64,000 bases of DNA, from assembly GCA_038727515.1 (NCBI GenBank), contig JAVYVS010000004.1:1-64000 (forward strand), in the 5' to 3' direction. Below, one piece after another: positions 31,600 through 41,962 of this stretch (position 1 is the first letter of the stretch; every line of letters starts with the position of its first letter). A model generated the notes under the pieces. It searched no databases. It was not told the DNA's origin and was given only the letters and a program-made list of their open reading frames with translations. This DNA comes from Candidatus Methanomethylicia archaeon (lineage in GTDB: Archaea > Thermoproteota > Methanomethylicia > Culexarchaeales > Culexarchaeaceae). Both the position numbers and the translations under genes were made by a program.

Positions 31600-32745
31600 T
31601 TAAATCTCTCCTAATACTTCCCTAAACTTTTCAACAACATATTCAGCTTCTTCAATGCTCATACCACTATATATTGGTGGACATATCATTCTTTTACATA
31701 CATCCTCAGCATTGGGAAAATCTCCCTGTCTAGTTCCTAACAGCTTTTGGTATATTGGTTGCATATGTAGCGGAGGCCAATAAACTTCTCCACCGCACCT
31801 TACACCTTTATCCCTAAGCTTCGCCTTTAACTTTTCCCTCTCAATGTTCTTATCCAAAATTACTATATATTTATAGTAGTTATTTAAGATATTTGATGGC
31901 GTTTTTAAAGGTTTAGCCTCACTCATCTTGCTAAATGCTTCATCATATATCTTCGCTATTAGATTTCTCTTCATAATGATTTCATTTAGTCTCTTCAATT
32001 GAACTATACCTATTGCCGCACTTATCTCATTCATTCTCCAGTTATAGCCAAGTTCAACTATGATGTTGCTTGCGAAGCTCTCTTTTCCTTGATCCCTTAA
32101 AATCTTAGCCTTATTAGCTATCTCCTCATCATCTGTTGTTATCATACCACCCTCACCTGTTGTCATGACCTTAGTCGGATAGAAACTGAAGGCTCCAACA
32201 TCCCCAAGCGAACCTGCACACTCGCCATCTATCTTTGATCCATGGGCATGTGCAGCATCCTCTATCAAGAATAGTTTGTGATCTTTACAGATCTCTCTAA
32301 TTTGTTTTATTTCTGGACATATCAATCCTCCCACATGAACGACTATTACTCCTCTCGTCTTTTCTGTTAACTTTTCTAGGACATCATTAACACCCATGCA
32401 AAGTGTCTTGGGATTTATGTCTGTAAGGACTGGTTTACCACCAGCAAATATTACTGCAGCTGCGGTTGCGCTAAAAGTATTCGTTGGAACTAGTACCTCA
32501 TCACTTGGATTAAGATTCATCGCCCTCAGAGCTATTTCGAGAGCTGCTGTTCCAGAATTCACAGCTATTCCATACTTTGTATTACACATCTTTGCAAATC
32601 TATCTTCAAATTCCTTCGTGTAGTTATGGAGCGTCAACATTCCAGAATTTAAAATCTTTTCAAGATGCCCTTTTAGCTCCTCTATATCTTCTGGAGTGAA
32701 GTATGGCTTTGCTGGTGGAATAGATTTAAATATCATTGAATTCAT
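31600..32745 (-). CDS. DegT/DnrJ/EryC1/StrS sugar aminotransferase
   Basis: NSGTAAL, IEDAAHA, FSFYPTKVMTTGEGG, GYNWR. Confidence 0.93.
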   Translation of the reverse strand: MNSMIFKSIPPAKPYFTPEDIEELKGHLEKILNSGMLTLHNYTKEFEDRFAKMCNTKYGIAVNSGTAALEIALRAMNLNPSDEVLVPTNTFSATAAAVIFAGGKPVLTDINPKTLCMGVNDVLEKLTEKTRGVIVVHVGGLICPEIKQIREICKDHKLFLIEDAAHAHGSKIDGECAGSLGDVGAFSFYPTKVMTTGEGGMITTDDEEIANKAKILRDQGKESFASNIIVELGYNWRMNEISAAIGIVQLKRLNEIIMKRNLIAKIYDEAFSKMSEAKPLKTPSNILNNYYKYIVILDKNIEREKLKAKLRDKGVRCGGEVYWPPLHMQPIYQKLLGTRQGDFPNAEDVCKRMICPPIYSGMSIEEAEYVVEKFREVLGEI

Positions 32746-32833
32746 TTATATCAATTATATCAATTTATTCATATAAGCCTTTTCGTCGCGGATTTTTATC
32801 TAACATCTGTTAGTTATTCGATTGACTCTACTA

Positions 32834-33967
32834 TTACAATTTACGCTTTTGTAAGTTTTCTAATGCCTCATATAGTGCTTGTGAAGTTTTATCCCAATTT
32901 GCTTTTTCTTCGACAGTTTTTGCCGCCTTTTCACCTAATTCTTTAGATAGATGATCATTTTTAATGAGCATTATAATTTTTTGGGCTAAAGCGTTGTAAT
33001 CTTTAGTAGGAAAAAGTAGTCCATTCTCATTTTCCTTGATCCACTCTCTATTTCCTGGAATATCTGAAACAACACAAGGTAATTTACAAATCATAGCTTC
33101 TAAAAGACTAGCAGATGTACCATCTGATAATGAACTTGATACATATATATCCGAGTTCTTAAGATAATAGAATATTTTTGTGCGAGGGACATAGCCAGTG
33201 AAGTATACATTTTTCTCAACATTCAATTTCTTGGTCATCGCCTTCAATTTTTCTGTTAAACTTCCCCCTCCTCCTACGAAAATAAATCGCGTCCTTGGCT
33301 CCCTCCTTAATACAACCGGAATTGCTCGAATGATCGTCTCAATGTCATATATTTTTTCATGTAATCTGGTACATATGACCACTGGGTCACCACTACTCCA
33401 TCCTATTCTATTCCTAAGTTCATCTTTCTCAACCTTAACACGCTCTGATAGTCTTTTTAGTTCAATCGAATCCACCCATGGTAGTTTAACTATCTTTCCA
33501 TCGTACCCAAGTTTAATACACGCATTACGTTGTACATCACTATCTACTACAACTAAGTCAGCTTTTTTTAAAGAATATTTGATCATTGCTCGAAAAGGCA
33601 AAAATTTTGGCCATACTAAAACTTCAGAGCCCCAGATAAATAATACAAATGGTTTAAATTGAGAAAGTGCTGAAATAAAACCATAATCTAATCCTCCACA
33701 ACCAATTAAAATATCTGGGTTATATTTTCTTAAATAACTCTTTAATAAAAAGTATCTAATTGGAATCGAAGAATAGATTCTTATTGAATCATGAATTAGA
33801 GATCGTCTTATTAATTCTGAAATAACAACGACTTTTGTGTTTTGTTGTATTACCTTTTCTGTAGGATTAAACGTTAAAAATAGAATATTAAACTTTTGGC
33901 TCAATTTACTTATAAAGAAATAATCATAGATAGATGATCCATTACTGAAATAAGCAATTTTTTTCAT
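32834..33967 (-). CDS. Glycosyltransferase family 4
   Basis: SSLSDGTSASLLEAM, SDIPGNREWI. Confidence 0.9.
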   Translation of the reverse strand: MKKIAYFSNGSSIYDYFFISKLSQKFNILFLTFNPTEKVIQQNTKVVVISELIRRSLIHDSIRIYSSIPIRYFLLKSYLRKYNPDILIGCGGLDYGFISALSQFKPFVLFIWGSEVLVWPKFLPFRAMIKYSLKKADLVVVDSDVQRNACIKLGYDGKIVKLPWVDSIELKRLSERVKVEKDELRNRIGWSSGDPVVICTRLHEKIYDIETIIRAIPVVLRREPRTRFIFVGGGGSLTEKLKAMTKKLNVEKNVYFTGYVPRTKIFYYLKNSDIYVSSSLSDGTSASLLEAMICKLPCVVSDIPGNREWIKENENGLLFPTKDYNALAQKIIMLIKNDHLSKELGEKAAKTVEEKANWDKTSQALYEALENLQKRKL

Positions 33968-34050
33968 TTTATTAAATTAGAGAATGTAAAAACTAAGCTA
34001 TATTCATGCCTTTTACTAATTAGGAATCTTTTAGAAACATTCTAATATCA

Positions 34051-34248
34051 TTACCGTATATTAGTACACACTACAGACTTTTCAATTCTAGCAATTATGA
34101 ATTCATTTTCCAGAAAATGTGCATGAATCAAATCAAAGACCACTCTATCTTTTAATAAAGCCTTAACGCAACTTTTGTAACAAGATAGCGATTTCTTTTT
34201 CCGTAAAATTTTAATAGATAAGGTGAAAAATTTAGGTGAAATTAACAT
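34051..34248 (-). pseudogene. GT4 N-terminal fragment
   Basis: FDLIHAHF motif in an isolated short ORF. Confidence 0.5.
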
Positions 34249-34309
34249 GTAACCCTAGTCCTATGAAGAATGTATGTTGAATCTCAAAAAATCTGAAATA
34301 TATGGTAAT

Positions 34310-34776
34310 CTAATTTTGGCTTTTCTTTTCAGAGGCTGTAAAGAGGAGATAGGAGATATGATCCACCCTATGCCTATTTACTTCTTCAGGCATCGACATA
34401 TCGTAGCTACGGGCTCCAGGCTCAACATGAGCTACTTTCATACCAAGTTTAGCTGCAGCTAAAGCGCCAGCCAATGCCGAGTTAGCATCACTAGGAACTA
34501 TCACTAGTTTAGGTTTTAGATCCATGAGGACTTTCTTAAGACGAATCATTATTTCTCCAGTTTAATAAGCATGCAAACCCGATCCCACTTCTAAATTAAT
34601 ATAAGTATCTGGCAAATTCATTTCATTAAAGAATATTTTGACAGATTATAATCATAATGTTGACCCGTATGGATGATTTTAATCTCTAATCCCTGTTTTA
34701 ACATTTAATGAATAATTGGAACTGACTTAATTATTTGAGGCCTTGTACCTAAAACTAGAACAAGCTCTTCGATCAT
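34310..34776 (-). pseudogene. wecB: UDP-GlcNAc 2-epimerase pseudogene
   Basis: LGTRPQIIK..*, HTGQHYDY, VGSG..*TGE, AHVEPGARSYDMSMPEEVNR; stops, frameshifts and a 3' truncation. Confidence 0.88.
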
Positions 34777-34778
34777 TC

Positions 34779-35939
34779 TCAACCCACTATCTCTAAAAAT
34801 TTATCAGCTATAGTCTTCCAATCTATACTTTTGACGTATTCATATGCTTTTTCACGCATTCTATCTCTCAATTCGGAGTCAAGCAGTAATAACATTTTTC
34901 TCTCTAAATCATTAACATCACCTTGTTTATAGGATACACCATTGCCTTTGCTAATACGTTCTAAAGCACCACTTTTATCAGAGATTATAATGGGCAAGCC
35001 ACATGCTGCAGCTTCAAGCATGGTCATTGAACATTGTAGTGGCCATACTCCTACATCAGCTACACTATAATATTTGTAAAGCTGCGAATTAGGAACGCCA
35101 TCGACAAATATAAAACGATCTCGCATATCGGCTTTGGCAATAATTTTCTGTAAATAATCAAAATATTCAGGATTCCTTCCGCCAACAATAAGGAATGCAA
35201 CATTGTCAAATTTCTTACTAAGTTTTAAACCTGCATCTATAAATAGATGTACTCCTTTACCAGGTATGACTTTACCAGCGTATATGAAAACCACATGGTT
35301 GTCTCCAATTCCATACTCTTTCCGAATACACTTACGTGCAAATGAATCATATCTAAACCGACTTGTATCCACACCCAATGGAACAATAGTTATTCTATCG
35401 TCCGGTATCCCATATACCGACTGCATGAATTCTTTTGTCTCATTTGTAACAGCTACGAAACCATCTACCGTGGAAATAAACATTGGAGTGAAAATGGTTT
35501 TAAAGAAATAATAGAAGAACTTCGTCCAACTTCCACGTGTCGCGTTATATGTCATATGATCATCTATAATCAACTTCATTTTTATTAATCTCCTCTTTAA
35601 CTTAGCAATACGTATAGAAGTGAAATTCACAAGACCATGCATTATCAATATATCAGGGTTAAAATTTATAACTGCCCCTTCCAAACCCTTTAACCAAGGT
35701 TTTTCAAATAGCTCAAACAGCACAGGAAGCCTTAGCACCTTAATTCCCTCTTCGATAAATAGACCAGAACCTATTATTCTCCTTTTCAGAAGATTTCTAT
35801 TTGCTTCATACATAGCCCTGGAGTATCTATTTGAAGTCACTACTAATACTTCATGTTTAAGAGAGTGAAACTTTGCTAAAAATGTCTCTTGGTAGCCCAA
35901 TAATGGGCAAAAATGATCAATTACGTGTAAAATTCTCAT
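34779..35939 (-). CDS. Glycosyltransferase family 4
   Basis: MRILHV, PLGVD, GKVIPGKG, LEAAACGLP. Confidence 0.9.
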   Translation of the reverse strand: MRILHVIDHFCPLLGYQETFLAKFHSLKHEVLVVTSNRYSRAMYEANRNLLKRRIIGSGLFIEEGIKVLRLPVLFELFEKPWLKGLEGAVINFNPDILIMHGLVNFTSIRIAKLKRRLIKMKLIIDDHMTYNATRGSWTKFFYYFFKTIFTPMFISTVDGFVAVTNETKEFMQSVYGIPDDRITIVPLGVDTSRFRYDSFARKCIRKEYGIGDNHVVFIYAGKVIPGKGVHLFIDAGLKLSKKFDNVAFLIVGGRNPEYFDYLQKIIAKADMRDRFIFVDGVPNSQLYKYYSVADVGVWPLQCSMTMLEAAACGLPIIISDKSGALERISKGNGVSYKQGDVNDLERKMLLLLDSELRDRMREKAYEYVKSIDWKTIADKFLEIVG

Positions 35940-35996
35940 TCAGTTTTACCTAAAGATAATTTCTTCTCAGGCAACTTGATATTAATCTCATTATTC

Positions 35997-36755
35997 TTAC
36001 TTTGTAAGTTTAACAGCAAGCATTAATAAAGCTGCCCCTCTGAAAAGGTAAATTTTTCCGCCTAAGAAAGAATCCAAAAAATTGTCAAAATTCCAGAGGA
36101 ACTTCCAAAAAGTTACTGATTGCACCAGACTTGGGAAGAGTTTAAAGATTACAAACGTTAATGGCATTCTAATCCGAGGAAAGACCCGACAATAATGAAC
36201 TACTGTGAACTTTTTTGAAATTTCCCATAATAAGGAAACTTCTCTAATGGGTTCTTCCTGAGGATCTGATCTCCTTGATAATAAAGCTATCAATCGCGAG
36301 TTTTTGCTAAAAACAGCCTCTCTCAGGCCTAAAACGCCTCCTATCTTTATGACCCTTACCATTTCCGTCAAACCTTTTTGCCAAGAAGATAAATGGTGAA
36401 GAACACCGAGACAGAAGACCCCATCAAACACTCTTTCTCTAAATGGTAAATGTTCTAAGTCACAGACTATATAGCTTCCCCTATAATGTCTCTTTGCATA
36501 TTTTAATTGCACACGAGAAATGTCACACCCTACAAATTCACCTATACGTGAATTTAGTGCAATGAGCGACCTAGGTTGAGAACCAATGCCAACTTCAAGA
36601 ATTAGATGCATGTTTGTACTCATTTTATGAATTGGCTTAAATATTGACAAATATTCTATAACATACCAACCTAAATCCAACTTTTCCTTTGGTTTTTGCC
36701 TCTCTTGATATTGCAATTCATACAACTTTTTAAACATGTGGTAGTAAAACCCCAT
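35997..36755 (-). CDS. Class I SAM methyltransferase (Methyltransf_11)
   Basis: ILEVGIGS, GCDIS, DLEHLPF, VLHHL. Confidence 0.85.
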   Translation of the reverse strand: MGFYYHMFKKLYELQYQERQKPKEKLDLGWYVIEYLSIFKPIHKMSTNMHLILEVGIGSQPRSLIALNSRIGEFVGCDISRVQLKYAKRHYRGSYIVCDLEHLPFRERVFDGVFCLGVLHHLSSWQKGLTEMVRVIKIGGVLGLREAVFSKNSRLIALLSRRSDPQEEPIREVSLLWEISKKFTVVHYCRVFPRIRMPLTFVIFKLFPSLVQSVTFWKFLWNFDNFLDSFLGGKIYLFRGAALLMLAVKLTK

Positions 36756-36825
36756 TTCTAGTAAACAACTTCTCTATAGCGTGTCTTACCATGTAGAGGG
36801 TCAGTTAACATATAGAGGAATAATA

Positions 36826-38016
36826 TTAAGCTCCACCCTCTAAGACATTTTCATAAACTTTTTCCAACATAGATACTACATTTTCTATTGAAAAATAAGA
36901 TTTTACAATATTGATGCAATTCTCTGAAAATTTTCTATATAGCTCTTCATCCGAGATTATATTATGAATAGCCTTAGCTATATCGTAGGGTATAGGTTTG
37001 GCTACATAGCCTACTTTGTTATTTATCCATTCCAATATATCTCCTAGATTAGTTGTTACTATGGGTGTTCCAGTGACGCAAGCCTCTAAAAAAGTCATTG
37101 GAAAACCGTAGAAAGAAGGTGTGACAAATACTTCGGCATCAACTAAAGCCTTAAGCTTATCCTCCTTACTTATAAAGCCAGTAAATATTACGGAATCATG
37201 TATGTTCAAGGATTTCGCTAAAGTTTTCGCCTCGTTTAAATAACCGTCGTCTGGTCCAGCTATTACTAGAATAGCGTCTTTATAGCCTGTTTTCTTTACC
37301 AGATACGCGTAGGCTTTTATCAGGAGGTTTATGCCTTTAGTTCTGTGGATTCTGCCCAGGTATAGTATTATCTTCTTTTCTTCTGATATGCCAAACTTCC
37401 TCTTAAAAAGGCCTTTAGCTGGCAGATTGGCGTACTCAGCCAAGTCTATGCCATTGGGGATTATTGCTATCTTCTCCTCTGAAACACCCACAGCCCTATA
37501 CTGCTCAGCTTCAAAACGGTTAAGAGCAATAATTTTGGATGCATTTTTGAATATTCGATTACTAATGAGCTTATCTAAGGTATTTTTGAGAATTTTTACA
37601 TTGAAAGGTTCTGGTAAATACGTAAGGTAAGAACCGTGAGGTTGAAAAACGTATGGAATATTCTTTATTTTATTTGTCAAGTATGCACTTACGCCCTGAA
37701 AAGACCTGGCATCATGTACGTGTATAACATCGAAATTTTTCGCGTTCCTTATAATAGTTGGAATAATTGATGGTGTCAATGTAAATGTTTTATATTTCAA
37801 CAAAGAACGGAAATAGAAAACATCAACACCGTTGATAATGTGAAGCCCAGAGGGCATCAACTCACGGCTGTGCAGATTAGATAAATTAGACGTATAAACT
37901 TCGACTTTATGCCCTCTTTTAGCAAGCTGTTTAGTAACATTGTATACAACATTGGTGATGCCATCAGCTACTTTTAGTTCAGGCGGATAAATGTAGGCAA
38001 CATGAAGTATCCTCAT
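36826..38016 (-). CDS. Glycosyltransferase family 4
   Basis: IPNGID, LGRIHRTKG, AGPDDG, FLEACVTGTP. Confidence 0.92.
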   Translation of the reverse strand: MRILHVAYIYPPELKVADGITNVVYNVTKQLAKRGHKVEVYTSNLSNLHSRELMPSGLHIINGVDVFYFRSLLKYKTFTLTPSIIPTIIRNAKNFDVIHVHDARSFQGVSAYLTNKIKNIPYVFQPHGSYLTYLPEPFNVKILKNTLDKLISNRIFKNASKIIALNRFEAEQYRAVGVSEEKIAIIPNGIDLAEYANLPAKGLFKRKFGISEEKKIILYLGRIHRTKGINLLIKAYAYLVKKTGYKDAILVIAGPDDGYLNEAKTLAKSLNIHDSVIFTGFISKEDKLKALVDAEVFVTPSFYGFPMTFLEACVTGTPIVTTNLGDILEWINNKVGYVAKPIPYDIAKAIHNIISDEELYRKFSENCINIVKSYFSIENVVSMLEKVYENVLEGGA

Positions 38017-38026
38017 CGCGAAACCG

Positions 38027-38779
38027 TCATTGCCGTTTTACCAAAGCAACGATAGTAGAGTTTAAACATCTGATGCATGGTATCTTTTCGGCTATTTCCT
38101 CGAATAACGAAGACATTTTAACCAGCCACAGAGGCAATCTCATCCTCGCTATTTTTAAGAAACGTGCAACTGGAAATGAAAGAAAAAATATCGCAAAATA
38201 TCTTTCAACCATGAACCCAGCAGAGCTTAACGCTGCCTTCAAATATCCAAAGGTAAATGTTTTTTCACCTTTCGTATGCGCCTCCATGGGGAAAAATTTT
38301 CTTCCAAGAGCGGAAATTGGATTAAGCGAGTTAGGCTCCATGAATAAGAAAATAGCCTGTGGCATAGAAGTCCTCGCAAGTTCATTCAGCGCCGAATTTA
38401 AATCGGGTAAATGATGTAATATGGATATGCCAATTACAAAATCGAATATGCCATCCTTAAACGGAAGCTTCATCACATCACACACAATGAACTCACCATC
38501 ATGACAAACAAACTTGGCAACTTTAACCAACTTTTTACTTAAATCAACTCCAACAACATCTAACCCCCAATTATAAATCAGTCGAGAAAGCCAACCTCCA
38601 CCACATCCATAATCCAAAACTAACCTCGGCTTTTCAGACTGAAGCACCTGCCTTATGATATAAATCTCTTTCCTTCTTATAACATTGGTAAAGAAAGCGT
38701 TCTCGTAACTTCCAATCTCTCCAGTAAAACAAGAAACTTCAACATTATCATAAACTTGAACCTCAGCTTTAAGGCACAT
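38027..38779 (-). CDS. Class I SAM methyltransferase (Methyltransf_11)
   Basis: VLDYGCGGG, GVDLS, LPFKDG, ILHHL, EPN. Confidence 0.9.
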   Translation of the reverse strand: MCLKAEVQVYDNVEVSCFTGEIGSYENAFFTNVIRRKEIYIIRQVLQSEKPRLVLDYGCGGGWLSRLIYNWGLDVVGVDLSKKLVKVAKFVCHDGEFIVCDVMKLPFKDGIFDFVIGISILHHLPDLNSALNELARTSMPQAIFLFMEPNSLNPISALGRKFFPMEAHTKGEKTFTFGYLKAALSSAGFMVERYFAIFFLSFPVARFLKIARMRLPLWLVKMSSLFEEIAEKIPCIRCLNSTIVALVKRQ

Positions 38780-40019
38780 TACAATACATCTTCAATCTCG
38801 ATTGCCGTTTTAATTTGGACGTAGCTTCAAGAACTTTTTTTAACTCCAAACCAACAGCTTGAACAGACAAATATTTCTCAACATAACGTCTCCCCGACAG
38901 GCCCATTCTTCTGGCAACATCAGGATTTTGCTTCAAAAACAAAACAGCTTTTGCTAATTCTTCATAGTCTCCAGGTTTAACAACGATTCCGGATTTAGTT
39001 TCCTTAATGTATTCTGCAGGCTGCCCCTTCGCACAACAGATTATAGGCTTACCTACGGCTTGATACTCATATAGTTTCGAGGATATTCCCAGGTATGGTC
39101 TTCCGAAATCTTTCAATGGTAGTAGTAGGGCGTTTGCTTGGCCTAGTAGTTCAGCCACTTCGTCTCTGCTTAAAACCTTATCGATTATCCTCACATTTTT
39201 AATGTTCATCCTCCTAATACTCTTCTTAACAGAATTCGTTAACTCCCCTGCTCCCTGAAGAATTATCTCTATGTCTTTATACTCTTCCAAGAGTTTCGCT
39301 GCCTTAATCACTTGATTGAAGTCATATGCTACTGAGAATGCTCCACTATATAGTACTACGAATTTTCCATCTTTTTCTTTTTTTACATGTATCGGTTTGA
39401 ATTTGTTAATGTCCACTCCTCCTCTAACCACATGAACTTTGCTTTTAGGAATTCTATACTTACCACAGATTACATTCACATAACCGGGACTGATGGGAGT
39501 TATGGCATCGGCCATTGTATAGGCTATTTTTGCTAGAATACTGACTAATTTGTTTACAAATCTCGATTTTATTACACCTATATCCATCGGATCTTCAGGC
39601 CACAGGTCATCTACATTAAGTACGACGGGGCATCGGTGTATCATACTATATAATAATGCCGGAATCATTACTAACACTTGGGGATTCGAGGCAAAGACTA
39701 CATCAACCTTCCTTATAATTGGTATTGGGAAAAGAGAAGAGGCTAGGAAGGATGAGAAGAGGATCATCCTATTGGCTATTCCTTTTGCAGGAAGTGGAGG
39801 TACGAATGTTCTAATGACCTTGAAATCTTCCATTGTATCTAATGATAGTGCCTTCCTCCTCAGTTTTTTTGGAACATCTCCCATCGGATAGTGTGGAAAG
39901 CCCGCTATCACTGTTACCTTTACTCCATTAAGCACGAGACCTTTAGTTATATTGTATGCTCTAGTTGAACTTCCACCTATATCTGGAGGGAAAATCTGAG
40001 AAATTATGAGAACATGCAT
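38769..40019 (-). CDS. Glycosyltransferase family 4 (WbuB-like)
   Basis: FPPDIGG, FPHYP, DDLWPE, SSKLYEYQAVGKP. Confidence 0.9.
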   Translation of the reverse strand: MHVLIISQIFPPDIGGSSTRAYNITKGLVLNGVKVTVIAGFPHYPMGDVPKKLRRKALSLDTMEDFKVIRTFVPPLPAKGIANRMILFSSFLASSLFPIPIIRKVDVVFASNPQVLVMIPALLYSMIHRCPVVLNVDDLWPEDPMDIGVIKSRFVNKLVSILAKIAYTMADAITPISPGYVNVICGKYRIPKSKVHVVRGGVDINKFKPIHVKKEKDGKFVVLYSGAFSVAYDFNQVIKAAKLLEEYKDIEIILQGAGELTNSVKKSIRRMNIKNVRIIDKVLSRDEVAELLGQANALLLPLKDFGRPYLGISSKLYEYQAVGKPIICCAKGQPAEYIKETKSGIVVKPGDYEELAKAVLFLKQNPDVARRMGLSGRRYVEKYLSVQAVGLELKKVLEATSKLKRQSRLKMYCNVP

Positions 40020-41024
40020 CTAGAACCTTGCACTTTTCTCTATATTTTCCCAGTTTTCCTTGAACCATTCATATACTTTTCTTAATCCCGTTTTCATATC
40101 TGTTTTAGGTTCATATCCGAGTATTTTCCTAGCTTTCTCTATTGATGCTCTCCTTCTTATCGCCTTATCCCAGTCTCTTCTCGATTTAAATGCTATTCCA
40201 GCTTTATTACCTGTTATTTCATTGATCCAGTTTGCTAGATCTATGATTTTCGTCTCGGTCCCGGATGCAAGGTTTATTGCTTCTCCTATCGCTTCATCGA
40301 TTACTCCCATTCTCAGAGTTCCATCCACTATATCTTCTACAAATGTGAAGTCCCTTGTCTCTTCACCTGTTCCGGTTATCGGCAAAGGTTGACCGTGCAT
40401 TGCCAACCACATGAAGTTCGGTATAACATTCCTATACTTCCCCGGGACTTCTCCAGGTCCATATACATTGAAGTATCTTGCTATAGTCACTGGCATCTTG
40501 TAGTAGTCGTAGAAGTAGTTGCAATATAGTTCTCCTACGAGTTTATTTATCTGGTATGGAGTGTCTAAATGTAGTGATACAAATTCTTCTCTTAATGGTA
40601 GTGGTGCTTGACTTCCGTATACTGAGCATCCCGATGATGCATAGATGAACCTTTTGATATCCACCAAGTTTGCATATTCTAATGTCCTTAGTGTTCCTAA
40701 GGCATTTATCAATAAATCTGTTTCAGGATGCTCTACACTGTTCTGATTTGCAAAATGGGCTGCCAAGTGAAATATATAATGTGGCTTATGACTGAATGCT
40801 CTCTTCATTTTCTCTTCATCCAGAATGCTCCCCTTTATGAATATAATCCTCCCATCTCTTGGAATGTTCCATTCAAATGATGCTGAAAGGTCATCTATTA
40901 TTATGATCTTTTCTGGGTCTGCTTTTAGCAGTGTTCTTGTAAGGTTTGATCCTATGAATCCAGCTCCACCAGTAATTAGGATTCTCTTACCAGAGTAATG
41001 TTGAAGTATGTCTTCAAACCTCAT
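40020..41024 (-). CDS. NAD-dependent sugar epimerase/dehydratase
   Basis: TGGAGFIGS, YQINK, RYFNVYGP, TRDFTFV. Confidence 0.92.
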   Translation of the reverse strand: MRFEDILQHYSGKRILITGGAGFIGSNLTRTLLKADPEKIIIIDDLSASFEWNIPRDGRIIFIKGSILDEEKMKRAFSHKPHYIFHLAAHFANQNSVEHPETDLLINALGTLRTLEYANLVDIKRFIYASSGCSVYGSQAPLPLREEFVSLHLDTPYQINKLVGELYCNYFYDYYKMPVTIARYFNVYGPGEVPGKYRNVIPNFMWLAMHGQPLPITGTGEETRDFTFVEDIVDGTLRMGVIDEAIGEAINLASGTETKIIDLANWINEITGNKAGIAFKSRRDWDKAIRRRASIEKARKILGYEPKTDMKTGLRKVYEWFKENWENIEKSARF

Positions 41025-41025
41025 T

Positions 41026-41949
41026 TTATTCCTCCTCAGTCTTATATTCCTTCTTAAACCATTCTATTGTTCTCGGTATGCCCTCTTCAGGCTTCACTGT
41101 CAACCTAAAATTTAAGTCTTTCTTCGCCTTTGATGAGTCTGGCTTTTTTATCTTTGTTGTGAAGGGTTCTGCTTCTTTGTATGTAACTTTAGAATCGTCT
41201 TTCCCAAGATACTTCAATATCAAGTCCGAGATATATTTTATTTCGTATTGTTCATCTCCGCCAAGATTATATATTTCTCCAGCCTTAAAATTATCAACTA
41301 TGTTTGCAACAGCCTTACAAACGTCATCAACATATTCGAGTGTCCTCTTATGACCCAAATACACTGTATATGGTAAATCGTGAAGTGCATGGTATATGAA
41401 CTTTGGTATAAAACCTCTATAGGGGTGATAGTGTTCACCGGGACCGTAAACATTGAACGGTCTAACTATGACGGTTTCCGTGCCGTATTGCATGGCCGAA
41501 TTCTTTATCATCATTTCACCAATCCATTTCGTCATCGCATAATCGTTCAGTAGATGTATGTGGATTTTCTCTGGGAGCTCTTCCATCATCACTCCATCAT
41601 AATCTCCATATATCTCTGCACTGCTGAAGAATATCATCTTAAACTTCCTTTTCTCCTGCATTCTTATCATGTTCTTTGTTCCAACAGCATTCGTTAGCCA
41701 AAGGTTCTCATAATAATCTTCTCCATTCCATCTTCCATACTCAGCTGCAAGGTGGTAAACATATTCGAAATCATGTTGTTCAAATATCCTCTCAATCTGC
41801 CTATACTTACTTACATCGCACCTTATGGATGTTGGATCGCTTGAATGCATTAGATCGCAGAGCCAAACTTCATGTCCACGTCTCCTCAATTCTTTAACAA
41901 GGTTTGAGCCTATGAAGCCAAGCCCACCAGTGACTAGAATCTTAGCCAA
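41026..41949 (-). CDS. NAD-dependent sugar epimerase/dehydratase
   Basis: TGGLGFIGS, YAMTK, FNVYGP. Confidence 0.92.
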   Translation of the reverse strand: MAKILVTGGLGFIGSNLVKELRRRGHEVWLCDLMHSSDPTSIRCDVSKYRQIERIFEQHDFEYVYHLAAEYGRWNGEDYYENLWLTNAVGTKNMIRMQEKRKFKMIFFSSAEIYGDYDGVMMEELPEKIHIHLLNDYAMTKWIGEMMIKNSAMQYGTETVIVRPFNVYGPGEHYHPYRGFIPKFIYHALHDLPYTVYLGHKRTLEYVDDVCKAVANIVDNFKAGEIYNLGGDEQYEIKYISDLILKYLGKDDSKVTYKEAEPFTTKIKKPDSSKAKKDLNFRLTVKPEEGIPRTIEWFKKEYKTEEE

Positions 41950-41962
41950 ACAAGTTACCTCC

